A model generated the notes under the pieces. The model worked only from the letters and a program-made list of their open reading frames with translations. It did not search any database and had not been told where the DNA came from. Both the position numbers and the translations under genes were made by a program. Shown one piece after another: positions 9,349 through 18,074 of a DNA stretch of 64,000 bases. Within the stretch, counting starts at the first letter, position 1, and each line of letters opens with the position of its first letter. The DNA comes from an uncultured Fibrobacteraceae bacterium (GTDB lineage Bacteria; Krumholzibacteriota; Krumholzibacteriia; LZORAL124-64-63), in the NCBI GenBank assembly GCA_964524645.1, contig CAZGEC010000009.1, forward strand, positions 7,403 through 71,402, read 5' to 3'.

Positions 9349-11253
9349 CTACTTGAGCAGCAGCGTGGCCCGGGCCAGCTGCTTCGGCGCCAGCGACAGC
9401 GTGCTCTGCTGCAGGAGCTGTATCGCGTAGAGCGCGTTGTGCACCCCGCGGCTCCCGTCGTACTCCACGAAGAAGTAGTTGTAAGCCGCCTTGCGCTGCG
9501 CGAGGGTCGAGATCGTGATGTCGCCAATCGCGGTCCCGAAGTTGGCCACCAGGGCCGCCCGGTGCGCGGGGCTGTCGCTGGCATCCAGGATGGCGTCATA
9601 CAGGATCGTCAGAAGCCCCTCGACCTCCAGCTGCACGCCCTGGATGACCCCGTTGCCGTCGTAGTCCTCGGTGGCGCCAACCTCCGAGAAGCTCGTCACG
9701 GGTCCGTGGCATTGCGTGCAGGCGTCGAGCCTCGGCTCGAAGCCGTGGCCGGTGTAGACCGGATCGTCCTCCTCGGCCTGCATGTGGCAGGTGACGCAGG
9801 CGTTCTCGATCGTGACGTGGCTGGTGGAGGCGAACGGGAAGCCGGGGGCGACGTCCTCGTAGGCTCCCGTCCCGACCAGCATGTCCGCCTGATCGGAGTG
9901 GTGCGGGCCGAAGTGCTCGTCACCTTCGGTCAGCTGATCCTGGATGTCGGCCGGGCCCCGGCGTCCGTTGTGGCAGGCCATACAGAGTCGGCCCTCCCCA
10001 CCCAGCGACACGACGGTCCCATCCGGCAGGTGCGCGTCCGTGGAGGCGGCGGCGCGCAGCTCGACGTGATTGTCGGTGCCGTGCATGTTGTGACAGATCG
10101 CGCAGGCGAGGGCCGTGACGGAGTCGACGCTGGCCGGGTTCGCGAAGGCAGTGGGATCATTCAGGTAATGGTAGGCGTAGGTGCCGTTGTGGCATTTCTG
10201 GCAGAACGTGAGCCCCAAGGGATCCGTCAGCTCCGTGGAATGGCCATGGGCCGACTCCTGCCACTCCGAGTAGGTCGGATGATGCGGCCCGTTGTGGCAG
10301 ATGCCGCAGAGGGAGGCGTCGATGGTGACCGGCAAGAACGGCATGCCGTTGGATGGGTGCTCGCTGCCGGGACCGTGGCAGTTCTCGCACTGAACACCCC
10401 AGAGAGCCATGATTGGGATGTCGTCGAAGCCGCCGTTGTTGAGGGCCGGGTTGGCGTCGAGACCCTCGCTGCCCACCGTGTGGCAGATCAGGCAGTCGTT
10501 GTTGTTGCCCTGGCCGATGGCCTGCAGGGTCTGCACGGCTTGAGCATGGCTCGTGTTTTCCCAGGTGTCGTAGATGTCCAGGTGGCAGCCGCTGCAGTAG
10601 GCGACTCCCTTGTAGGACGGCTCGTCGGTCGGCGTGTAGGGCAGCACCGTTATCCCGATGCTGGCGGACCGCGTGTCGCCCGCGGCGTTCACCACCACGA
10701 CCTGGACGGTCGCACCGCCGAAGGGCACCGTGTCCGGGGCCTTCCAGACCACCGTGTCGGGTGTCACCTGCGTGAGCGTGCCCGCCGAGGCGGTCCAAGA
10801 ATAGACCAGTCCGCTGCCCACGGAGACGGCCGCGATGGTGCTCTTGTGCGCGATCACCAGCGTGTCCGCGCTGGCCGTCAGCTGCAGGCCGATCTCGACG
10901 CCGATGGCGATGGAGGCCGAGGCCGTCAGGTTGCCGCTCCCGCGGACGGTCACCGTGAGGAGATACACGCCGGGCTGGTCCGGCGCCGTCCAGACGGTCG
11001 AGCTGGCGGAAGCATCCTGGAAGCTGCCAGCGTCGGCGGTCCAGAGATACACCAGGTTCTCGCCGGCGGCGTTCACCGAGATGTTGACCGTTCCGCCCTG
11101 GGCGACGATCTCCTGCGAGGCCGTGATCTCGGAGACGAGAGGCTGGGAGCCGCCCGGCCCGCTGACTTCGTCGTCGTCGTCGTCACATGCCGCGATGGGC
11201 AACACGAGAGCCAGCAGACCCAGCATCAGGAGAGCGAGTTTCCACCTGTGCAT
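9349..11253 (-). CDS. Multiheme (about 9 CxxCH) c-type cytochrome lipoprotein with N-terminal Ig-like/PKD-like repeats (outer-surface cytochrome candidate)
   Basis: Lipoprotein signal MHRWKLALLMLGLLALVLPIAAC followed by an acidic DDDDDE stretch. Two Ig-like repeats (VYLWTADAGSF.. and VYSWTASAGTL..). Motifs CSGCH, CLICH, CENCH, CGICH, CQKCH, CAICH, CMACH, CVTCH, CTQCH. Confidence 0.8.
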   Translation of the reverse strand: MHRWKLALLMLGLLALVLPIAACDDDDDEVSGPGGSQPLVSEITASQEIVAQGGTVNISVNAAGENLVYLWTADAGSFQDASASSTVWTAPDQPGVYLLTVTVRGSGNLTASASIAIGVEIGLQLTASADTLVIAHKSTIAAVSVGSGLVYSWTASAGTLTQVTPDTVVWKAPDTVPFGGATVQVVVVNAAGDTRSASIGITVLPYTPTDEPSYKGVAYCSGCHLDIYDTWENTSHAQAVQTLQAIGQGNNNDCLICHTVGSEGLDANPALNNGGFDDIPIMALWGVQCENCHGPGSEHPSNGMPFLPVTIDASLCGICHNGPHHPTYSEWQESAHGHSTELTDPLGLTFCQKCHNGTYAYHYLNDPTAFANPASVDSVTALACAICHNMHGTDNHVELRAAASTDAHLPDGTVVSLGGEGRLCMACHNGRRGPADIQDQLTEGDEHFGPHHSDQADMLVGTGAYEDVAPGFPFASTSHVTIENACVTCHMQAEEDDPVYTGHGFEPRLDACTQCHGPVTSFSEVGATEDYDGNGVIQGVQLEVEGLLTILYDAILDASDSPAHRAALVANFGTAIGDITISTLAQRKAAYNYFFVEYDGSRGVHNALYAIQLLQQSTLSLAPKQLARATLLLK

Positions 11254-11581
11254 GATACTACCTGCCTGTTCGAGGAAGGAGTCTGGCAGTCGACCCAGGA
11301 AGAGCCCGTTTTCAAATTACCAAGTGCAATACTATGATATTTAGGGGAGCCATGTTCAAGCGAAATCTGCACAGTTAAGAAAACCATAATCAATTGCAAT
11401 TTCTTGTTCTCCAACCAGTTCCCGCAACATTGCCTTGACGGTGGCTTGGAGACCTGCTGTAATTCCCACTAATTGAATATGATCTGTCCCCGCCCCTGAA
11501 ACGACTTTTTCAGACAGCGGTGACACGATAACCTGGATTTGTGCTAGTGTCCAGCGAGATCAGCTGGTTGCGCGGGATGGG
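11254..11581. promoter_or_regulatory. AT-rich divergent promoter region between two cytochrome genes
   Basis: A 328-bp intergenic stretch of markedly low GC in a ~70% GC genome (e.g. ttcaaattaccaagtgcaatactatgatatttagg and cactaattgaatatgatctg), flanked by divergent gene starts. Confidence 0.4.
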
Positions 11582-12766
11582 ATGGTGAGTCCGGGCCAGA
11601 GACCGGAAAGGATGGGTGTCATGATGCGGCTGTCGACCTTCGTGAAATACGGGGCCACTTGCCTGGTGGCAACCCTGCTGCTCGCTGGTTGCGAGAGCGA
11701 TCTCGAGCCCCTGAACCTGCCCAGCGAACTGACGGTGCAGGAGACCTTCGTGGGAGCCGCCAAGTGCAGCGCCTGCCACCCGGGGAAGTACGCCGAGTTC
11801 CTGGAGAGCGGCCACGCCCACATCCTCAACCGCGTCGTGGGCGGGCAGCTGCCCGCCTATCCCTTCCGCGACGAAGTGCCCTTCCCGCTCCTGGCGGCGC
11901 CCGGCGGCAGCTCCGACGATGTGCTCTACGTCGTCGGCGGCTTCGGCTGGAAGGCGAATTTCGTGGGAACGGACGGCTACCTGATCACGGGCGACGCGAC
12001 GCAGTGGGACCTGGAGACGGGGGAGTACGTGGCCTATCATCCCGGCGAGCAGCTGCCCTACGACTGCGGCGCCTGTCACACCACCGGATACTCGCCCACG
12101 GGCCACCAGCTCGGCCTGACGGGGCTGGTGGGGACCTGGACCGAGGACGGAGTCAACTGCGAGGCTTGCCATGGACCGGGCTCCCTGCACGTGCTCAGCC
12201 AGAGCGGGGAGGACATTAACCTGGATCGCAGCAACGCTCTCTGCGCCCGCTGCCACTCGCGGGGCGTGCCGAATCACATCGTCGCTTATCCACCGGACAG
12301 CGAGGGCGACCAGTTCCTCGCGAACTACGGGCAGTTCGACGAGCTGCAGGCCAGTCCGCATCGCAACCTGACCTGTGTGTCCTGCCATGATCCCCATCTT
12401 TCCGCGAAGTTCAGTCCGGAGCAGGCCATCGAGATCTCCTGCACGACCTGCCACGAGGAGATCGAGATCTTCAACACCGGCGGCGGGGCTCACACCTGCG
12501 TGAACTGTCACCTGCCCTTCGCCACCCTGTCGGCGGTGAAGCGTTCGCCGTACCAGGCCGACGTCCGGACCCACATCTTCCGCATCAATCCCTCCGCCGC
12601 TGCCGAGATGTTCTACCAGGAGAACGGAAACTGGTACTCCCATGATTTCCTGACCACCAACTTCACCTGCCTCCGCTGTCACGCTTCCCAGGACCGGCAG
12701 TGGGCGGAGGAACATGCGGACGAGATCCACTCGGGCGAGAAGCGACCGTTCCTCGCGGGGAGGTGA
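11582..12766 (+). CDS. Octaheme c-type cytochrome lipoprotein
   Basis: Lipobox LLLAGCESD. Motifs CSACH, CGACH, CEACH, CARCH, CVSCH, CTTCH, CVNCH, CLRCH. Start may be an internal Met (MMRLSTF..). Confidence 0.8.
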   Translation: MVSPGQRPERMGVMMRLSTFVKYGATCLVATLLLAGCESDLEPLNLPSELTVQETFVGAAKCSACHPGKYAEFLESGHAHILNRVVGGQLPAYPFRDEVPFPLLAAPGGSSDDVLYVVGGFGWKANFVGTDGYLITGDATQWDLETGEYVAYHPGEQLPYDCGACHTTGYSPTGHQLGLTGLVGTWTEDGVNCEACHGPGSLHVLSQSGEDINLDRSNALCARCHSRGVPNHIVAYPPDSEGDQFLANYGQFDELQASPHRNLTCVSCHDPHLSAKFSPEQAIEISCTTCHEEIEIFNTGGGAHTCVNCHLPFATLSAVKRSPYQADVRTHIFRINPSAAAEMFYQENGNWYSHDFLTTNFTCLRCHASQDRQWAEEHADEIHSGEKRPFLAGR

Positions 12767-12769
12767 GCC

Positions 12770-13699
12770 ATGCCCCGGGCTACCACTCCCCAGCGGACCG
12801 CCATGGTCCTCGGCCTGGGCTTGCTGATCGGGTCGGCGCTGAGCGTCTTGGCCGCAGGCTGGACGCCGTACACGTCTCGCCTGACCCCCCCGGCGGGCGC
12901 GAAGCCGGTGGGGACCGAGACGTGCGAGATGTGTCACGACGATGTGGCCGCCTTCTTCGCCGGCACCGCGCACGAGACGGCGATCGTTCCCGGCACCACG
13001 GTGGGGCTCTGCGAGGCCTGCCACGGTCCCGGCAGCCTGCACGTGGATGCCGAGGGTGACGGCCCCATCTTTGGTCCCTCGGTTCTGGGCCAGCTCGTCC
13101 CCGACGAGCGGGCGGCCATGTGCCTGCAGTGCCATCGCGCCCTGGAGGGAGCCTGGTACAACGGTCCTCACGCCGGCACGGATGCCGACTGCGCCGCCTG
13201 CCACACCGACCGTGCCCATTTCGCCCATGGCGCGCAGTCGCCGGGCGCCTTCCGCCGCGGGGCCGACTTCTGCCTGCAGTGCCATCCCGAGAACGCGGCG
13301 GATTTCCGCCTGCAGTACCGGCATCCCGTTCTCACCGGTCAGATGGAGTGCACGGACTGTCACTCTCCCCACGGCACTTCCGATGACCGGGCGGCGTTTG
13401 CCGAAGATGGTCTCGTCTGCCTGCGCTGCCACGCGGAGATGGCGGGTCCGTTCGTCTTCGAGCACGAGCCCACGGCGGACGGGTCCTGCACTGCCTGTCA
13501 CCGGCCCCATGGGTCCCCCAACGACCGGCTGCTCACCCAGGACAGCAACAGTCTCTGCCTGAACTGCCACTACGAGCCGGCCTTTCCCGTGCTTGGAGGC
13601 GTGGATCACGCGGACTTCCTGGCCCAGCGGGCCCGCTGCTACGACTGCCACGCCGAGATCCACGGATCCAACCTGGACCCGAACCTACTCAAGCCCTAG
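12770..13699 (+). CDS. Periplasmic decaheme c-type cytochrome (MtrA/PioA-like)
   Basis: Signal peptide, then 10 CxxCH in 309 aa (CEMCH, CEACH, CLQCH, CAACH, CLQCH, CTDCH, CLRCH, CTACH, CLNCH, CYDCH). RBS gggaggtg upstream. Starts 4 nt after the preceding stop. Confidence 0.8.
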   Translation: MPRATTPQRTAMVLGLGLLIGSALSVLAAGWTPYTSRLTPPAGAKPVGTETCEMCHDDVAAFFAGTAHETAIVPGTTVGLCEACHGPGSLHVDAEGDGPIFGPSVLGQLVPDERAAMCLQCHRALEGAWYNGPHAGTDADCAACHTDRAHFAHGAQSPGAFRRGADFCLQCHPENAADFRLQYRHPVLTGQMECTDCHSPHGTSDDRAAFAEDGLVCLRCHAEMAGPFVFEHEPTADGSCTACHRPHGSPNDRLLTQDSNSLCLNCHYEPAFPVLGGVDHADFLAQRARCYDCHAEIHGSNLDPNLLKP

Positions 13700-13708
13700 G
13701 AGGTCGGC

Positions 13709-15724
13709 ATGGGCAGCTGCAAGGGGATGGGCAAGATGCTGGCAGCGAGGGTCCTCGTGGTCGCGGTGATCCTGCCCGTTGCGGGCGGCGCGCTCGCTGC
13801 CGAGTCGTCCTCCGGTGAGCTTGTTTACGGCACGCCCATCTACCCGTTCTGGTCGGCGCCCGGGGACAGCGTCGGCGTGGCGTCACGCTTGACCTGCGGG
13901 GCCGGACTGCTGGACGACCACGGCCGGGTGGATCGGCTGGCCGAGGACGAGGGGCTGGTGGACAAGGCCTGGGGCCGCCTGCTCTGGGACCGCCGCAACC
14001 TCGTCGGAAAGACCGATCACCTGGTCACCCACGGACAGTTCCGCAGCGACGACGAGATGTCCGGATGGGCCGACGTCCGCTTCAGCCGGACGGGGAAGGC
14101 CGAGTATCGCCTGCGCTACACCCGCCTGCTGGAATACGACGATCGCACCGCCGAGGATCCCTTCCTGCCGGCGGGTGTGGTCGGGGTGATACCGGGCCAC
14201 CCGCTCTTGCGCTGGGATCGCGTGGACTTCGCCTACCGGCGCGAGCTTCGCCCCGGCTGGAATCTGGAGGCCGGCTACGGCTACCTGGCCAAGGACGGCC
14301 GGCGGGCCGGGCTCTCCCGAGGCATTGTGGGGGCCGACCTGCTCTTCGGCCTGCCGGACGCCCTTGAGCGCGCCACCTGGACGCAGCGCGCCTACCTGGC
14401 CGGCGACGTCCTGTCGGGAGGGCTGACCGTGGACTGGCGCCTGAATCTCCAGGCGGACGGCGGCCGCCAGGTCCGGCACAGCACGTCGGCCCTGCCGGCC
14501 ACGCCGGAAGTGATCAGCGAGAGCCGGCGCGCCGCGGAGAACCGGACCTGGAGCCTCAACCTCGGTTCCACCTACACGGCCGGTCCGCGCTGGCTGCTCT
14601 TCGGGAGCTACGATTACCGGCAGCATCGCGCCGAACCGGAGGAGAGCCGCGGTCTGGCCGGCGGCCCGCAGCCGGGCAGCCGCCTCGTGGCGAACGACCT
14701 GGAGGCGGACGCGCGCATCCACACCGGCCTGTTCGGCGTCCTGTATCATCCGCGGCCCTGGTTGCGCGTGCGGCTGGCGGCGCGGCTGCAGAATCTGGAT
14801 CAGGTGAGCCTCGCGACCGCCGGCCGCCTCGACGAGCTGCTGGCCCGCGAGCACGGCAGCCTGGACCGCGAGCGCTTCCGCCAGGCTTACAGCCTGGATC
14901 TGAGCCACAGCGGTTTCCGGAACTCCCGTTACGGGCTGAACTACCGCTACGAGCGGAGCGACGAGCAGACCCACCTGCTGGAACTGGACGAGTACCTGGG
15001 CGGAAACGTCATCCTGCGCGCGCAGCAGAGCGACCGGGATCAGACGGTGCACGATCTGAAGCTCACGGGTCGCCGCCGGCTAGCGCGCGGGTTGTCCCTT
15101 CTGGCGAACCTGGGCTACCGGGCGGAGGACATCGATCAATCCAACGAGATCCGCGGCGGGCTCTACGCCCAGGGGAACCGGAGCTGGGGACGGTGGCGGG
15201 GCGAGATCAAGCTGCGCACGCGTCCGGTGCCGGAGTTCCACTGCGACGCGGGCTACCTCCTGCTGCGCGAGACCTTCGAGCGGGACGATCTGGAGGGCGC
15301 GCGGACGAGCTGGGACGCCGATCGCCTGTTCGCCACGGCGGCCTTCCTGCCCGATCCACGCCTCGCTCTCTACCTGAGCTTCAGCATCGGCTGGGAGGAC
15401 TACGACATCGAGGGAACGCTGCCGGCCGCGGCGAACGATCCGCTCGTCTACAACCCGGTGGAGTACGGGACACGCACCTACCGGCTGGCGCCGGCGGCCG
15501 TGCTGCAGCTGACCAGGAGCCTGTCGCTCGAGGGCGGGTACGAGCGCGTGCGCAACCGGGACTCCGTGGCCAATGATGGGGATCGCTGGCACGCCCGGCT
15601 GAATCAGCGGCTGGCCGAGAGCTGGACGTTGAGCGCCGGCTACCGCCGCTACGACTTCAGCAACCCTTACCGCGACGACTACGCGGCCGATCTGTACACG
15701 CTCTCCGTGACCACGGCGCCCTGA
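13709..15724 (+). CDS. Putative outer-membrane beta-barrel protein (MtrB/PioB-like porin candidate of a porin-cytochrome complex)
   Basis: Signal peptide MGKMLAARVLVVAVILPVAGGALAAE. 671 aa, heme-free, Cys-poor, with alternating hydrophobic/polar strand-like segments rich in Y/R/D/G. Sits immediately downstream of the decaheme gene with an AGGAGG RBS. Lacks the canonical C-terminal aromatic residue, so the assignment is tentative. Confidence 0.45.
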   Translation: MGSCKGMGKMLAARVLVVAVILPVAGGALAAESSSGELVYGTPIYPFWSAPGDSVGVASRLTCGAGLLDDHGRVDRLAEDEGLVDKAWGRLLWDRRNLVGKTDHLVTHGQFRSDDEMSGWADVRFSRTGKAEYRLRYTRLLEYDDRTAEDPFLPAGVVGVIPGHPLLRWDRVDFAYRRELRPGWNLEAGYGYLAKDGRRAGLSRGIVGADLLFGLPDALERATWTQRAYLAGDVLSGGLTVDWRLNLQADGGRQVRHSTSALPATPEVISESRRAAENRTWSLNLGSTYTAGPRWLLFGSYDYRQHRAEPEESRGLAGGPQPGSRLVANDLEADARIHTGLFGVLYHPRPWLRVRLAARLQNLDQVSLATAGRLDELLAREHGSLDRERFRQAYSLDLSHSGFRNSRYGLNYRYERSDEQTHLLELDEYLGGNVILRAQQSDRDQTVHDLKLTGRRRLARGLSLLANLGYRAEDIDQSNEIRGGLYAQGNRSWGRWRGEIKLRTRPVPEFHCDAGYLLLRETFERDDLEGARTSWDADRLFATAAFLPDPRLALYLSFSIGWEDYDIEGTLPAAANDPLVYNPVEYGTRTYRLAPAAVLQLTRSLSLEGGYERVRNRDSVANDGDRWHARLNQRLAESWTLSAGYRRYDFSNPYRDDYAADLYTLSVTTAP

Positions 15725-16010
15725 CCGGCCCGGGCCCGAAGCGGTGCGAGAATGGGGAGCCTGCAAGGTTCCCATACCGAAAGGGATGCAGCGCCCGCTC
15801 TGCCAGGAATTCCTTCAATGGCTTTCATTTAGGTCGAAGTCGGGCTTGCTTCCGTGGCTCGCCTGTTGCGCTTTTTAGCGACTGATTGATGGTCCGCGAG
15901 CCCGTCTTGCCTCCCTGGGGGCACAACAAATGAGACTTGCGGGGCAGCAGCGGCCCACGTCATCGGTGCGGGGACGGGGCGGAGCCGGTGCCCGGGAAGG
16001 GACCAGGAGC

Positions 16011-17906
16011 ATGCACCTCTGCTGGCGGATCCTGCTCTGCATGCTGCTGCTGGGACTCGGGGCCGAACAGGCCGCCGGGGAGAGCTTCACCGGCGAGGAC
16101 TGTGCCGCTTGCCATACGGGCTCCGGCGGTGACCCGCCGGAGGTGACGGCGGCCGACCTGGCGGGCGGTGTGCACGAGGGGCTGGACTGCACCGATTGCC
16201 ACGCCGGGATCGAGGAACTGCCGCACGCGGAGGCGCTGCCCGCCGCCGACTGCGGATCCTGCCATGCGGAGGTGGAGGAGACCTACCGGCAGCACGGGCG
16301 CGGCAAGGTGGGCGTTTCCCCCTTCGTGCCGGGCTGCGCCGATTGCCATGGCACCCACCGGATCCTGGCCATCCTGGACCGGGATTCCCCGGTGCATCCT
16401 CTCAACCTGCCGGGGACCTGCGGCCGCTGCCACGAGGACCAGACGTTCACCGAGCAGCTGAGCATCAAGTTCAAGCACCCCATCCGCGTCTACGAGCAGA
16501 GCGTGCACGGCCGCGCCACGGCCGGCGGCATCCACACGGCGGCTACCTGCAACGACTGCCACTCCACCGGCGGCTCGGCCCACATGATCCTGCCGCCCGG
16601 CGACTCCCGCTCCACCATCAACCACTTCAACATCCCCTACACCTGCGGCCAGTGCCACAACGGCATCGAACAGGACTACTGGGAAGGGATCCATGGCGAG
16701 CTGACTGCGCGCGGCGAGGTGGACTCGCCCACCTGCACGCACTGCCACGGGGAGCACGGCATCCTGCCCACGGCGGATCCACGCTCCCCGGTCAGTCCCT
16801 ACCGCCTGGCCGAAGCGACCTGCGCACCCTGTCACGAATCGGCGGCCCTCAACGAGAAGTACGACCTGCCCACCGGCCGGCTGCAGTCCTTCGTGGATTC
16901 CTACCACGGGCTGAAGAGCAAGGCCGGGGACAAGACCGTGGCCAACTGCGCTTCCTGCCATGGCGCCCACCGCATCCTGCCGGCGGCGGACCCGACCTCG
17001 TCCATCAATCCGCGGAACCTCCCGATCACCTGCGGCGCCTGCCATCCCGGCATCTCGCCCGACATCGCGCGGACGCCCATCCACGCTACCGCCACCGGCC
17101 TGCGCACGGGCTGGCCGCACTTCTTCCGGCTGCTCTACATCTGCCTGATCGTGGTGGTCATCGGCGGCATGGTGCTGCACTGGCTCATCGATCTCTTCCG
17201 GCAGATCCGCAACGTCCTGCAGGAGCGGCCCCAGGTACGTCGCATGGAGGCGGACGAGGTGATCCAGCACACGCTGCTGGCGGTCGCCTTCACGGTTCTG
17301 GTGATCACCGGCTTCTCGCTGCGTTTCCACGACGCCTGGTGGACCAACCTGCTCTTCGGCCGGGAGGGCGGCTACGCGGTCCGCGGCATCATCCACCGGG
17401 TCGCGGGGGTCCTGCTGCTCCTGGGAGGGCTATGGCACCTGCTGTTCCTTTTCACCGAGCGCGGGCGCGGCTTCGTGCGCGACATGCGGCCGCAGGCGGG
17501 GGACGTGCGACAGTTCTTCCAGATGATCCGCTACAACCTGGGGCGCACCGACGAGCAGCCGCAGATGGGCCGCTTCTCCTACGTGGAGAAGGCGGAGTAC
17601 TGGGCCCTGGTCTGGGGCACCGTGGTCATGGGGATCACCGGTCTCTTCCTGTGGTTCGAGAACCTCGCGGTCCGTCTCTTTCCCAAGGGTCTGCTGGACG
17701 TCTTCCTGGTCATCCACTACTACGAGGCCTGGCTCGCCTTCCTGGCGATTCTCATCTGGCACATGTACGCCACGGTCTTCAGCCCGCGCGTCTACCCCAT
17801 GAACCCCTCCTGGCTGACCGGCCGGATGCCGCGCCGCATGTACGAGGAGGAGCATCCGGGAGCCCTGCCGGAAGCGGCGCCGAGCAGGGAGCCGGACCCC
17901 GAATAG
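16011..17906 (+). CDS. CbcL-like protein: N-terminal multiheme (about 11 CxxCH) cytochrome c fused to a C-terminal diheme cytochrome b-like (HydC/FdnI-like) membrane domain
   Basis: Signal peptide MHLCWRILLCMLLLGLGAEQAAG. Motifs CAACH, CTDCH, CGSCH, CADCH, CGRCH, CNDCH, CGQCH, CTHCH, CAPCH, CASCH, CGACH. Then 4-5 TM helices with conserved His (HWLIDLF.., HTLLAVAF.., HRVAGVLLLLGGLWH.., VIHYYEAW..). ATG 16011 is in frame with track ORF 15930..17906. Confidence 0.8.
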   Translation: MHLCWRILLCMLLLGLGAEQAAGESFTGEDCAACHTGSGGDPPEVTAADLAGGVHEGLDCTDCHAGIEELPHAEALPAADCGSCHAEVEETYRQHGRGKVGVSPFVPGCADCHGTHRILAILDRDSPVHPLNLPGTCGRCHEDQTFTEQLSIKFKHPIRVYEQSVHGRATAGGIHTAATCNDCHSTGGSAHMILPPGDSRSTINHFNIPYTCGQCHNGIEQDYWEGIHGELTARGEVDSPTCTHCHGEHGILPTADPRSPVSPYRLAEATCAPCHESAALNEKYDLPTGRLQSFVDSYHGLKSKAGDKTVANCASCHGAHRILPAADPTSSINPRNLPITCGACHPGISPDIARTPIHATATGLRTGWPHFFRLLYICLIVVVIGGMVLHWLIDLFRQIRNVLQERPQVRRMEADEVIQHTLLAVAFTVLVITGFSLRFHDAWWTNLLFGREGGYAVRGIIHRVAGVLLLLGGLWHLLFLFTERGRGFVRDMRPQAGDVRQFFQMIRYNLGRTDEQPQMGRFSYVEKAEYWALVWGTVVMGITGLFLWFENLAVRLFPKGLLDVFLVIHYYEAWLAFLAILIWHMYATVFSPRVYPMNPSWLTGRMPRRMYEEEHPGALPEAAPSREPDPE

Positions 17907-17933
17907 GGCCGGGAGCGCGAGAGCGCCGCCGCC

Positions 17934-17968
17934 GTGCGGCCGCCGGGATCCCGGCGGCCGCACGCTTT
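17934..17968 (+). terminator. Rho-independent terminator after the CbcL-like gene
   Basis: GC hairpin gtgcggccgccggga-tc-ccggcggccgcac followed by gcttttc. Confidence 0.6.
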
Positions 17969-18074
17969 TCGGGACCTTGCAAGACCAGATTTCGGTCAAT
18001 CTCCCGCGGCGACCGGCCGATAAGGAGGAGGGGAAAGAACGGACGAGACTGCACCGGCTGAAAACTCAACCCGG

